A stretch of 64,000 bases of DNA, taken from positions 14,915,992-14,979,991 of the forward strand of contig NC_057718.1 of assembly GCF_004010195.1 (NCBI RefSeq), in the 5' to 3' direction. The DNA comes from Chiloscyllium plagiosum (lineage: Eukaryota). The position numbers and the translations under genes were made by a program. Positions within the stretch are counted from its first letter, which is position 1. The number at the start of each line of letters is the position of its first letter. This document shows positions 12,440 to 25,478 of this stretch, one piece after another. The notes beneath the pieces are model-generated. The model did not search any database. It saw only the letters and a program-made list of their open reading frames with translations, and was not told where the DNA came from.

Positions 12440-13230
12440 CCATTAACACCTACACTACCTCACCCGTTCTCCTTTCTGTAAAATCTTTAGCACTTCCTTT
12501 GCTTTTGACATCTGTGATGTCTAACCGTCCTTGGCCTCCAACCTTCTCCAAACTTGCCCTTTTGTTCCACTTGAACCCCCCCCCCCCATTGTTTTCTAAA
12601 GCATAAAAGCCATCACTTTTTCATCGCTCTCCTCATCGTTTGTAATGTCCTTGTCTAGGGTGGCCTTGCAGTATAACCACCAATGATGATGATAACCTCG
12701 AGACCGTTCTCCAGAGAAAATCAAATTGCTGCAGTCATTAAGTACACAGTTCTGAAGGAGAGTCATTGAATCCCTACAGTGTGTAAACAGGCCATTCGGC
12801 CCAACAAGTCCAACCGACCATCCGAAGAGTAACCCACTCAGACCCATTCCCCTACCCCATTACTCTACATTTCCCCTGACTAATGTAGTTAACCTCCACA
12901 TCCCTGAACACAAAGGGTGATTTATCATGGCTAATTCATCTAACCTGCACATCTTTGGACTGTGGGAGGAAACCAGAGCACCTGGAGGAAACCCACGCAG
13001 ACACGGGGAGAATGTGCAAATTCCACACAGACAGATGCCCAAGACTGGAATCGAACCCAGGTCCCAGCTCTGTGAGGCAGCAGTGCTAACCACTGAGCCA
13101 CCGTGCCACCATATCAGACTCAAAACGATAACTCTGTTTCTCTCTCCACAGAGGCTGCCAGTCCTGTTGAGTTTCTCCAGCATTCTTTGTTTTGTTTCAG
13201 ATTTACAGCATCTGCAACATGCTTTTGTCT
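12440..13230 (+). mobile_element. Old PLE 3' region, interrupted by a 111-bp inverted copy and an HE1 SINE
   Basis: Pyrimidine-rich UTR, then gttctgaaggagagtcat|atcagactcaaaacg (split hammerhead-like motif), then the PLE tail. Confidence 0.65.
12767..13110 (-). mobile_element. HE1-type V-SINE
   Basis: Full-length reverse-complement copy. Confidence 0.9.
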
Positions 13231-13429
13231 AACAGATTGCCATGGACTGGAAGGTCCCAATTTCAGTTCAGATTCTGAGCAGTCTATGAATCTAAACAAA
13301 GGCAGCTTTAAGTGATTCCGTAATTGGGTTAGAGACTTCAGTTATGTCAATGAAAAGAGTCAAACATGAAGTTTTCCGAAAGAGAATAGTTATCTCCACT
13401 TTGCTCACACTCAGCCCACATCGAACATT

Positions 13430-13900
13430 TCGAGTGAAGTTCAAGGAACACATATCATCTTTCACTTTGGAACTCTTCAACCTCCCGGAATCAACAGAAA
13501 CTTCAATACCCTTCGATTATTACCTCTGCCTCCATCTTAGTCCACTTTCTTTATTCTTTTGCTTTCTTTAATCCTTTACCTTACATTCAGGTGGCGGCTT
13601 TCAAGCCATTCCACCTTAGCTCGACACACCATTTATTTCTTTACCCTGCCCAATGCCACTCTCTTCGGCTTTCGCACCAAACAACCTGGTGTCATTTAAT
13701 CTCCCCTGCCCTCCACTTTATCCGAGACCTTCCTCTTTGATTGTCATTGCATTACCCCAAAACCATCACTTGTTCCAAACTTTGTCTATCTCTGACTTCT
13801 TTCAGACTGAACAAAAGATCCCAGATATGAAATGTTAACTCTGTTTTCCTCTATACATTCTGCCTGATATGCGGAATGCTTCCAGCATCTACTGTGCTTT
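13430..13900 (+). mobile_element. Degenerate PLE 3' end
   Basis: Encodes HIIFHFGTLQPPGINRNFN (GIY-YIG C-terminal motif), followed by UTR and tail. Confidence 0.7.
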
Positions 13901-14129
13901 CTCAAGGCGGATCGCTGCCCAATACTGGTGGGTGTATATGCAGCCACCGAGGGAGGAAATGACAGGGCGTAGTTCTGGAGAAGAACTCAACCTCCAGTTC
14001 ACACATTCTCTGAATCATTACAGTGAAGGAGTGGGTTATTTGGTGTATTGGTTCTGTGCTGACTCAGCAAAGGAGCATCTCAGCTGGTGCCATTCTCCCA
14101 CTTTCTCGCTGCAACAGGTTTCGGGTGAG

Positions 14130-14385
14130 GGAGTGAAAAGATTTAAAAAGGACCTAAGGGGCAACATTTTCACGCAGAGGGTGGTACGTGTATGGAATGA
14201 GCTGCCGGAGGAAGTGGTGGAGGCTGGTACGATTGCAACATTTAAAAGGCATCTGGATGGGTATATGAATAGGAAGGGTTTAGAGGGATATGGGCCAAAG
14301 GCTGGCAAATGGGACTAGATTAATTTAGGATGTCTGGTTGAATTGGAATGAAAGACCTGTTTCTGTGCAATACGTCTTTATGAAC
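14130..14385 (+). mobile_element. CR1-type LINE 3' end (similar: 19986-20198, 23390-23783, 36245-36615, 55745-56337)
   Basis: RFKKDLRGNIFTQRVVRVWNELPEEVVEAGTIATFKRHLDGYM, the CR1 ORF2 C-terminus. Confidence 0.92.
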
Positions 14386-16379
14386 ATCTCCCCTTTCAAA
14401 TAACTGTCCAATTCCCTTGTGAATGCCTCAATTGAACCTGCCTCGAATACTCTCTCAAGGAGTGCAGTCCAGTAAATAACTGCATTTTTCACTGATTTCT
14501 TTAAATCTGTGTCCTCTCGTTTGCCATCCCTTCAAATATTCCTCAAACCTCTCATGATTTGGAATACTTCAATCAAAGGAGAACAGGCTGAGCTTTTCCA
14601 ATCTATCTTCCTCACAGATATTCCTCATCCCTGAAAACAGTCTCATAAACCTTTTCTGAATGCTCCCCAAAGTCTTCACATCTTTCCGAAAGTGTGGCAT
14701 CCAGAACTAGACGCAATACTTCAGCTGAGGCAGAACCAGTGTCTTGTGTCAGTTCAGCATAACCTCCCTGTTCTTGTATGTTATGCCCTTATTAAAAAGG
14801 AGATTGAATACTTTATTAACTGCTCTCTCAATCCGCCCTATCATCCTTAATGAATTATGCACATATACATCCCCATTAGAGTTATACTCTTTATCTTGTG
14901 CTGTCTCTTTAACCGAAAAGACAATATGTATACATATATTTTTTCCCAGAGCTTTGCTTTAAATGCATGATGGAAGAAGACATCTGGGAAAATTCAGCCA
15001 CCAGCAGGATTCTCAATTTGCCAAGCTGATTAATGGAATGTTGGCTGGTCACTTGTCATCTTCTCAGAGGGCCACTGGATCCTTGACACTATCCTGATCG
15101 AGCAGACGGAGTGTTGATTTAACCTGTTTGATGAACATGTTGACCAAGGCCATGTCTTCAAATCCTACAGCTCACTTTGGCCGCAAGTCCCCAAAACGCA
15201 GTATGCATCAAAGGTGTTAGATGAGTGAAAAGAAATCTTACAAATCAAGCAGTATATTTAGCAGTTGCAGTGAAAGCCCTGTTTCAATGCCAGTAAGCAG
15301 ATGGAACCCATTTAAAACTGGGAGCATGTGGGAACAGAGTGGCTCCATTCCAAATCTTTTCCCAAACTGCAGAATCAAAAACAGCATGTCTGGCTTAGGA
15401 CCTTTCAAAAATGACAATTTTTCAAAAATTCTATAAAAACATTTAACCTGGCAGTCGTTGGGTGACATGTAGATTCAAAGTGATAAACTTTGGAATGAAC
15501 TACTGAGAAGAGCAGCAAGAACTCTGGAGTGATTGAAAATATGGACAGATTCCATGATTGAAAGTAAATGGAGTGGAGGCTTGGACTGGCTGGCACCTTC
15601 TTTTATCTATTCCTTTTTATTTATTCTTTCATGAATGTGGCCTGGTCAGCATTTGTTGACCTTGGATCCTAACTTGTCTTACAAATGGAACTATTTTCTC
15701 CACGCCCAGTCTATCCAGTACTCCTTAAGTTTTATTCAGATTGACCCCTCACCCTTCTAAACTCCAACAAGTACAAACTCACAGTCCTCAACCGCTCCTT
15801 ATAGGACAAGCTCTTCATCCACATCTTCGTTCTTGTAGACTTCCTCTGCACCCCCTCCAAGGCCAGCACATCCTTCCTCAGATACAGGGCCCAAAACTGC
15901 TCAAATATTTTGAACCAGGGACACGCTTTGTTTGCAGCAAACCACTTGAGACAATATTAGGAGATACAACCAAAACCTGGTAGCAGAGATAGGTTTTAAC
16001 AACCACCTTAAAGGAGAAAAGTGAGGCACAGGACTATGCAGAGTAGATTCCAAAGCATAGAACACGATCCTGCAGGACAAGTACTGGTAACAACACCAAG
16101 ACCAACCGAGATTTCAGGACGATGCAAGTCAGGAAGACGGATATGGAAAATGAAATGTCAAGTAGTGACTGGTACTGAAATACATTATTGTGGCAGATTG
16201 GGGGAAATGATACTTCATCTCCTGCTTGTCTGAAAGTGTAGAGCACAGACATTGGGTACGAAATATACCTTCCAGAGCAACACAAGAACAAATTCAAAAG
16301 AGACCATTTTCTGAGATTGAACAGAGACTTTAGAAAACTGTAATTATCTGGTGCGACATTAACACCAAACAGGCTCTTC

Positions 16380-17170
16380 ATTCCCAGGAAATCATTTTAC
16401 TCACTGATTTTACAAAGGGCTTTACTTGCTTGGAACAAATGCCTTCACGGACTGGTGAATTTCAGACTAAAGCATTCAGGCTTTTGCTGTCAGGTATTTC
16501 AGTCAGCTTATATTCAGAAAGATGTCCATTGAAGTGATGGTACAGTGGAAAGGCACAGCTTACTGACATTTCGGGACTCTCTGAATAAAAAACACACAAC
16601 TTTCCCCTTACGTACAGGAGACAGTTCATAAAAGAAAGGAAACAAGCCACACTAAATTCTAGTAAAATATGATCTGCCACGATAAATAATTGGTACATTC
16701 CCTCAGAGGGTTAGCTAAATGGTTATAGCCACATTGTAACAGATTTCTGCAATTTACAACAATCAAGTAGTTGAATAATTATTTGACAGGCCATTACCAT
16801 GGCAGTTCAACACAAAGGGATGCCAAAGGCCATTTAACTGCGAGTTAGTAAATAAAAGCAGTGCTGTTTTACGGGTGATTAAGGGTGGGGGGGGGCAGGG
16901 CAGTGGGCAAAATGAATGTCCAAGAGCAAATGATCACGGCTGACTGAGAGGTTGGGAGACTTAACTCCAGCCAGCTCGACAACAACCCAATGGTTTCCTG
17001 CCCATTAATGGATGAACGAAAGACGCTGAATGCACCAAGGATGAATGAAGCAATTTGTTCTTTGCCAACGATTTGCATTTGGCATCGATTGCAATGCTAC
17101 CTGTGGCAACATACTTTAATCACATAATTACCAAATTAACAAATAAGTACATCGCCACACATATTTTTAA
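16380..17170. promoter_or_regulatory. Candidate conserved non-coding element / enhancer
   Basis: Repeat-free, with SOX-type ACAAAG, octamer ATTTGCAT (17071-17078) and many TAAT cores. Motif-based only. Confidence 0.35.
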
Positions 17171-18383
17171 TTTTAAAAAAAATCATTTCCTTGCATGAGA
17201 TGTGAACTTCATTGGCAGGGTCAGCATTTATTTTCCATCCCCAAATGTGTCGAGAAGGAGGTGCTGAGCTGCTTACTTACCTGTTGTAGTCCTCAGGTGT
17301 GCAGAATACCCACTGGAATGGAATTCCAGGATCTTTAACTGATGAAAGCAAAGGAACAATGATATTATTCCAAGTCAGGATAATGTGTGACTTAGAGGGA
17401 AACTTGCTGGTGACGGTCTTTCTACGTATCTGCTGCTCTTGCCCTTCTAGGTCGTAGGGTATGAACTTAGAAGGAACTGTTGTAGGAGACCTGACAACCA
17501 GCCGCACTGCAACTTGTGTATTGTATACTACTGCATATAACGTATTAGGACAATAAGGCCGATTTCAAAAGTACATCATATGTGTAGGTATTCTGTCACT
17601 TGACACTGCATGCAGTCCTCTCCATTTTTCATTCTTCCTTCTCCAATTCCTTGCGCATACTCAGGTTTTACCTCAAATTTCCAAAACTTTTTATTCCAGT
17701 GTCAAGTGTACAAAACCGCCAGTAAGGAAAAGATCTGATGGTTCATCAAGCTTGTCCCACTCACAAGCTTGCAGGAACATCATAAGAAAACGCTTTCCCT
17801 CACCATTTGCACTGTCCAAGCCAACCACTGTGATGTCATCTCTTAGGAGAAACAGGAGAAGCGAAAGCCAAAAGGACTCTTAGAAATTCCTCATCATTGT
17901 GTTATTACCTCAGCCTTCCAACCCCTCAAGCTATTAAAACCACCTCAGGAGGTCATGCATCAGAACCAACATAGCCTTTAAGAAAATCACTCAAGCTCAT
18001 AACAAAGCTCATTTTCACTTGCTAGACATTCTCTGCAAACAAAAGGAGTATGTTCAAGCCTTGTACATCTTTGAATCTTACAGGAGCTTGGAGGACCAAT
18101 AGTTCCATGTTATCTTCTCCATGGAAACACCACAGCCAATCAGAGTCGACTTGCCAATGAACCTTTGCTTCCTGTGGTACAAGTTGTTGTAATTGTTTGA
18201 AATTTGGCATTCTTGCATTTGTCCTGATGTTGCAAGAGGAAAGGCTTCAGTAACACATCTGTCTTTTGAGCAATAAAAACTTTAAATTCAAGTAAGATTT
18301 CTGGAGTCCTTGCTGTTACTCCAGTAGACCATGCTACAAAATTCAAAAAGAAATTCTGAAGGCAGGTGAACAGTTGAGTCCTT

Positions 18384-18535
18384 GATTCTGGATTAGTGGT
18401 GCTGGAAGAGCACAGCGGTTCAGGCAGCACCCAAGGATTTTGAAGCTCCTCGGATGCTGCCTGAACTGCTGTGCTCTTCCAGCACCACTAATCCAGAATC
18501 TGGTTTCCAACATCTGCAGTCAATGTTTTTACCTC
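18384..18535. mobile_element. Foldback PLE-derived insertion (54-bp inverted arms)
   Basis: Arms 18384-18437 and 18447-18500, flanked by gttgagtccttga / gttgaatccttga. Confidence 0.85.
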
Positions 18536-18690
18536 GTTGAATCCTTGAGCTCACATGGGGTGCTCCCATGTAAATGTGCAAAAGTAGAGATGGTCTGAGA
18601 GAGTAAAAGAACTGTCAGCCAGTGGACACTTACAAACCTTCACTGACTGTTAATCCCTCCCCTTCTAAAACCTGGTTAAAAAATAAAAGA

Positions 18691-19028
18691 TCATAGAATC
18701 CCTACAGTGCGGAAGCAAGCCATTTGGCTCATTGAGTCGACATCAATCCTCTGAAGAGCACCCCCATGCAGACTCACCCCTCGACTGTATCCCTGTAATC
18801 CTGCATTTCCCTTGATTAATGCACCTAACCTACACATACCTGGACACTATGTACAATTTAGCATGGCCAATCCACTTAACCTGCACATCTCTGGACTGTG
18901 GGAGGAAACCCACGCTGACACGGGGAGAATGTACAAACGCCACACTGACAGTCACCTGAGGCTGGAATCAAACTGGGGTCCTTAGTACTATGAGGCAACA
19001 GTGCTAACCACTGAGCCACTGTGTCACC
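18691..19028 (-). mobile_element. HE1-type V-SINE
   Basis: Reverse-complement copy. Confidence 0.88.
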
Positions 19029-19395
19029 TATCTGTTGCAAACATTTCAACCTTAACACATCTGTGCTTTTGTAAGCATTACTAATTAAAGACTAAATGAA
19101 GAACATGAATCGATGTTTTAAACCATTGAATTAGGCTTCCACTCATATACATTAATTTTGTGCAGATGGAATTATAAACTGGCTACATGTTCAAGCCCTG
19201 TCCACTATTATGTTAGTAAACCAGATGGATCTTTACAATGATCAATGATGATTTCATGGTTACCAGCACTGAGACTAGCTTTCAATTCGACCTTTATTAG
19301 TTGAATTTAAGTTCTGGCAGCTGGTAGGATTTGATCCATGGGCCCCAAAGTACTAGCTATGTCTTAGGTCCTGAAAAACCATCATTACCGTCATT

Positions 19396-19740
19396 CCTCA
19401 CTTGGAAATCAAACACCACTAATCCTGTCATAAATTGTTAAAATTTTCATCAAAATAAACAAGTCTCAATTTACCTGTCCGATAGACCCAAGTTGACGGA
19501 AAACACAGCTCAGGTTTCCACACTAAACAAGATCTACCATTTATTACAAAATAAATAGATTTTAACCACAGGTAAACAATGGACTGCTGAATTATAACTC
19601 CACTGGATAAAATTCTAACTCCTTTCTAAGACTCCCTACTTGCACAGACCGACAAATACATTGGTGTGATGGGTGAAGGGAAACAAACCGTGTAGAAGCA
19701 CTTTATGACAGGATTAGTGGGGTTTGATTTCCAAGTGAGG
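19396..19740. repeat. 39-bp inverted repeat (38/39 identical) around a 267-bp spacer
   Basis: cctcacttggaaatcaaacaccactaatcctgtcataaa (19396-19434) versus its reverse complement at 19702-19740. Confidence 0.92.
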
Positions 19741-20587
19741 TGTGACAGCAATGATGATTTTGCTGGAACAAAGACCAATATTCTGGGGTCCACGATTCAA
19801 ATCTTACCAGCTGGCAGAATTTAAGTTCAATGGGCCTGGTCCATGGGGCTTCCTGACATGATCCTTTTGCTTGCCAAGATTTTCTATTCTTCAATGTCTC
19901 TTCTCCTGATTCTTTTCACATCTTTGTAGGAAGCACTAACTGCAAAGTCTCTTATTTACTGGTTAAAGGCCGCAGCTTACAACAATACGTGTATGGAATG
20001 AGCTACCAGAGGATGTGGTGGAGGCTGGTACAATTGCAATATTTAAGAGGCATTTGGATGGGTATATGAATAGGAAGGGTTTGGAGGGATATGGGCCGGG
20101 CGCTGGCAGGTGGGACCAGATTGGGTTGGGATATGTGGTCGGCATGGACGGGTTGGACCGAAGGGTCTGTTTCCATGCTGTACATCTCTATGACTCTATA
20201 ACTGGTGAGGGAAGATAAACTGGCTTTCTTCAACCTTTATGTATTTTACAGAGAGTAAGGCTCACCGTCTGCTCTTGCAGTAGTCCAAAGACTTTTTTTT
20301 GTTTAATAACAATACAGTATAGTAACAGACCCTTCAGTCCATGATGTGGTGCCGAACATAATGCCAAATTTAACTAATGCCTTCTGCCTGCCCTTCGTCC
20401 ATATCCCTCCATTCCTTGCATATTCAAGTGCTTATCTAAAAATCTCTTAAAAGTCCCTGTCAAATCTGCCTCCACCACACCCCAGGCTGAGCTTTCCACA
20501 CTCCTACCACTTTCTGGGTAAAAAACATGCCCCTCATATCTCCTTTCAACTTTCCCCCAATCACATTAAATACATGCACCGTAGTTT

Positions 20588-20985
20588 TAGACAAAGTTAA
20601 AAATCACACAACACCAGGTTATAGTCCAACAGGTTTAATTGGAAGCACGAGCTTTCGGAGCGATGCTCTTTCATCAGGTGATTGTGGAGGGCTCAATCGT
20701 AACACAGAATCTATAGCAAAAATTTGCAGTGTGATGTAACTGAAATTACACATTGAAAAATATCTTGATTGTTTGTTAAGTTTCTCATGTTAGAATGACC
20801 ATGTTAGTTTCACTTCTTTCATATGTAAATCACAAAATGTTTTTAAAAAGTTACATTCTCAGGTTAACTTTCACAATTGGTGTCAGCCCAGATAATGTGT
20901 TGAAGGTGTTAGCCCCCTGTGTGCTGTTGTCTGTGTCATAATGTTTAGACTGATTCTAATCAAAAAAATGAGTCAACAGTGACTC
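20588..20985 (-). mobile_element. Probable second PLE-family 3' end inserted in a CR1 relic
   Basis: Hammerhead motif followed by ...aaacctgttggactataacctggtgttgtgtgattttt on the minus strand. Confidence 0.65.
20645..20680 (-). ncRNA. Minimal hammerhead ribozyme motif, second sequence family
   Basis: cac-CTGATGA-aa-GAGC-atc-GCTC-c-GAAAG-CTC-gtg; stem I cac/gtg, palindromic helix III AGCT. Confidence 0.75.
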
Positions 20986-21672
20986 TGTTTTTCTAGCCTC
21001 TCCTTATAGCTCATACCCTCTAACCAAGCAGCATCCTGGCTTCTGCCAGTATTGTGCACACCCACAAGCTGTTCAGCTACTTAGGAACCAATCAGATAGC
21101 TGTTATCAGGTTGATTGCCTTTGTCATCTCTAATTGGTCACAATTCTATAAATCAATCAGTGGCTTGTTGCTGGCCGAATCTCAATTTGCCCACATCCCC
21201 TGGTCCTGCTCTGTCTTGCATGAACAACGCTGCAATAATATAACAATCTAATGAGCTTCAATAACTTGCTTTTTAAAAGCAGCAATTACTTTCACAATCC
21301 CTGGTTGTAAAAATAATTTTCCCATTTGTCTACAATCAAAAATTCTGAAAAATAAGAAGACAGTCTTTCCACTACATCACCACCCTACAATTTGAAGAAG
21401 ACACTTAAGAGTGAAAAAAATGAACCTTTCTCAGAAGATAATCTGCCATTCCTGCCGAGTCATTAAAAAAAAAGTCGATGTAATCCAAATTTTGAGATGC
21501 AAAGTGATTTGACGAGTTAAATTTAACTGATTGATTCTTTGGTATGAACTGACTGGTAAATCCACAAGGATTCCTTGTATAGAAGTTAAGATCAGGTTAA
21601 ATGTTGATCTGATATTCCTGTTCTTATCAAGATGATGATACCAATCTCACAGGAGGAGTTGAGCAAATCAGA

Positions 21673-21868
21673 TAAAACAAAGAACTGTGGATACTGCAGA
21701 TTCTGAAACAAAAAGAGAAACTGCTAGCGAAACTCATCAGGTCTGGCAGCATCTGTGGACAGAAATAACGTTAATTGTTTGGGTACAGTGACTCGTCATC
21801 AGAACAGATCCCCATAGATGCTGCCAGACATGCTGCCTTTCACAAGCAGTTTCTGCTTTTGTTTCAGA
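21673..21868. mobile_element. Old foldback PLE-derived insertion
   Basis: Inverted arms ~21702-21758 and 21812-21868 flank a degenerate hammerhead (minus gttctgatgacgagtc). Confidence 0.7.
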
Positions 21869-24800
21869 TCAAGCTGAAGGTGGGAGGAAATGTATATCTT
21901 TGTACACCTTAGTTTATCCATACATACAATGGAGTGTTCAAACAGCTACAAGGGGAAAACTAAGTTTCAGCATATAGTTGGTTGAACATTAATTACTCTT
22001 CTACTGAAGAGAGAAACTGAGTTAATTGTTCAAAATCAATTTCTCTCCATTGGAACTGCATCATGTTCCGAAAAGGCATCACGCTTGAAATATTAACTCT
22101 GTTTTTCTCTCCATGGATAATATCAGACCTGCTGAGTTTCTCCAGCACATTGTTTCAGTTTGACATTTCCAGCTTTCACAGTATTTTGCTTTTATTTCAG
22201 CCCTTTTACTAGGTTTGCATGAAGCCACGCAGAAGGGATAAAAGATCCTCGCCTTGGCAGATGTGAGGGTAGTAAATGAGAATTTATGTTCTGAAGAAGG
22301 GTCACTGGACCCAAAACATCAACTCTGTCTTTTTTTTCCACAGATGCTGCCAGACCTCCAGAAATGTCTGTTTTTTTTTGTGTGTGTGTTTTAAATGAGG
22401 AGATAGTCCTGCCTCAGTCCTGTTTGACCCCAAGTTAAGGATACATAAAGTATCCTCACACAATTCAGTACAAACTAGAGGATCGTGCGAGAGAAATGGA
22501 GACATCAGTCCACTGAGGGTGAAACAGAGTGCTGGGGGATATCAGCAGCATCTGCCTTGCTGAACAATGCTCTGTACTGATGTCCATGGCAATGGATTCT
22601 ATACTACTTCAAAAGTGAGGCAAGAAATTCAAAACACTCATTTATATACAGCGCATTAGAGTGAGTGAGGATTCCACACACAATTCCTGTTTTGAACACA
22701 GCAAATCAGCTTGAAGTCACACTGCACTGGGCACATTCTACCGATAATAGCCAAGGACACAACAGTAATCAGCCGAGACTACATCCAGGATGCCACAAGT
22801 CCTTGCTCCACCTTCTTCAAAGTTTTGCAAATTCAAAACTATACCGGCAGTTTTTAGACACCTGCTAATATTGGATAGCTCCTATCTTTAAAAATGAAAA
22901 AAAGACAAGTGATTATTTGTGATCAAGGTGAGCAAGATCAGAATCCAAGGCAGAGGAAGTTAATTCATTCAATAGGATTCTCTCCAAGTGACTGACTGAA
23001 CTATTTGTCCAATGTCCAGACCATCTAACCATCTGGCCTAGAAGAGGACAATGAACAAGCCATACAATAGCATGTGAGGTCTTTCTCCTTTACATCTGTC
23101 TCTCTTTCTATCAGCTACATATTTGCACATCAGTCCAGTCAGCTTTCCTGTTTCTGTGAGTCTGTTAAACCTCTTTCCAATGATTCTAAATAAATTTGAA
23201 GAAGCCCTGCGTTGATCTTTTCATGAGCAGCTCTATGATGCAGCCACTCCACTTCATTTATTCACCAACACAAGGGCAATGTTCTCATTATGACAAGCCT
23301 CACTGTGGAAGGAGACAGTGCTGGACACTCATTCTCCAAGGCAAATGATGACTGTGTGAGGGAATCAAACGCTGGACAGGCTGTGACTTTTTTCACTGGA
23401 ACGTTGAAGGTTGAGTGATAACCTTATAGAGGTTTATAAAATCATGAGGGGTATAGATAGCATTAATGGTAGGTGTCTTTTCCCTCGGATGGGGATTTCA
23501 AGACTAGGGAGTACATTTTTAAGGTGAGAGGAGAGAGATTTAAAAAAGACATTGGGGCAAATTTTATACAAAGGGTGGTTCGCGTGTGGAATGAACTTCC
23601 TGAGGTGGATGCGGGCACAATTATATCATGTAAAAGACATTTGGATAAGTACATGATTAGGAAAGTTTGGAGGGATATAAGCCAGCAGCAGGCAGGTGGA
23701 ACTAGTTTAGTTTAGGATTATGTTCGGCATGGACTGGTTGGACCGAAGGGTCTATTTCCATGCTGTATGACTCTATGACTCTGTAAGTGTCAGCAACATG
23801 AGCTAATGGCCAAACATGCACTATGAGAATGCCTTTTGTTACTTGGCTATGTCTCTATTCTCCACATTTTCCAATGAATTTTTGTCAATTGGAGTGAACT
23901 TGTGACATCGATTTACTTGAAACTGCACTGCTTTATTTTATATTAGACCTGCAGGCACAGCAGACTTGCATCACATCAAGCTTAGTAGGACTCCAGCCCA
24001 GGAACCAATGAAAGGGGCAGGACCTAACTTTTTGTAAATTCTTTTCACAGGATGTGGGCATTGCTGGCAAGACTGATGCATTCCAAATTGCCCTTGAGCT
24101 GAACAGCAATATATTTCCAAGTCAGGATGTTGTGTGGTTTGGAGGAGAACTTGAAGATGGCAGTATGCCCACACATCTGCTGCTCTTGTCCTTCTAGGTG
24201 GTAGAAGTTGTGAGGTTGGAAGGTGCTGTGAAAGGCTCCTGGTTGAATTTCTGCCGCACATCCTGTAGATGGTACACACTGCTGCCACAATGCTGTGCAA
24301 TGCAGTTTCGCTGTCTAATTTTTAACAGAGAAGCTTTGTCTACTAACTTTGGATAATAGACAGAGACAAAGATGGCCTACAGGAGAATGTAATGGTATTT
24401 AAAAATAAAGCAGCAGTATGGTCAAAACGTTAACCAAGTCTCAGCCTGCAGCAACAACCAAAGGTGCTGGTCCCCCAGTGAGACTGCTGGATGGAAGCTA
24501 CAGTGTTGAGCCCTCATTTATCCCCAGCTTGTCCGTTTCTCCGCAGTCGCCTGAATCACTAAGTTACATTGAGGTTGTGTCTGATTAAAATGCAGGAAGG
24601 CAGCAAAAGAAGCACGAGATGACAGAACTGGACATGTACTGTATGGGCAAAACTGCCACGAGAATTACTGAAGACTATCTGTGTGCTTCAGGCGTAGCAT
24701 AATCATGGATTTGTGACAAGTCAGAAAACTATCGGCTGTTGATTGGAATGATGTCTGTGGGAGGGAGAGAGAAATGAAGGAGGAACGGGAAGGAAGAAAG

Positions 24801-25159
24801 AAGAGATTTGCATTGGCATGACCTCCTGAATCCCAAAAGAGCTCCAGCTGATGAAACATAACTTTGATCAGTATCTTTGATGTTTGTCGTAAACTCCAAA
24901 ATAGTTTCCACTTCTGTTTTAACTTCACAGGATGTGGATGTCATCAGCGAAGCCAGTGTTTGGTAGCTGTCCCTAATTGTCCCTTGAGGTGGTGGTAGAG
25001 GTTACAGCCATCTTCTGGAACTGCTGCAGTTCATAGGGAGCACCTTCAATGGACAGGAGGCTCCTCACCAAACCACCTAGTTGGAAATCTATCACTGTTT
25101 TTTACTGTCACTGTGTCAAAATCCGGGAATTCCTCAACCGCACTGTGGGGGTCCCAGCT

Positions 25160-25478
25160 TAAAAAGCACCTTTCAAACTCACAAATACGTTTATCTGGAA
25201 GGATAAGGGCAGCCGATACATGGGAACACCACCACCCACAAGCTCCCCTCTAAGCCAATCACCGTCCTGACTTGGAAATATATCGCTGTTCCTTCAGTGT
25301 CGCTGGGTCAAAACCCTGGAATTCCCTCCCTAAAGGCATTGTGGGTTTACCAACAGCACATGGACGGCAGTGCTTTTGGAAGGCAGCTCACCCCCCACTT
25401 TTACAAGAGCAACAAGAGATGGATCACAAATGCTAGCCCAGCCAGTGACGCCTAAATCCCATGAATGAGTTAAAAAAG
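25160..25478 (+). mobile_element. L2/CR1-superfamily LINE 3' end (similar: 17180-17520 -, 24030-24300 -, 33740-33960 +, 35940-36197 +, 59500-59712 -)
   Basis: Shared ctgacttggaaatatatcgctgttccttcagtgtcgctgggtcaaaa...tggaattccctccct (WNSLP motif). Confidence 0.75.

Noticed and set aside
18022..18430. Minus-strand ORFs as a possible exon
   Set aside because: No recognisable protein similarity; the start lies in a PLE-derived repeat.
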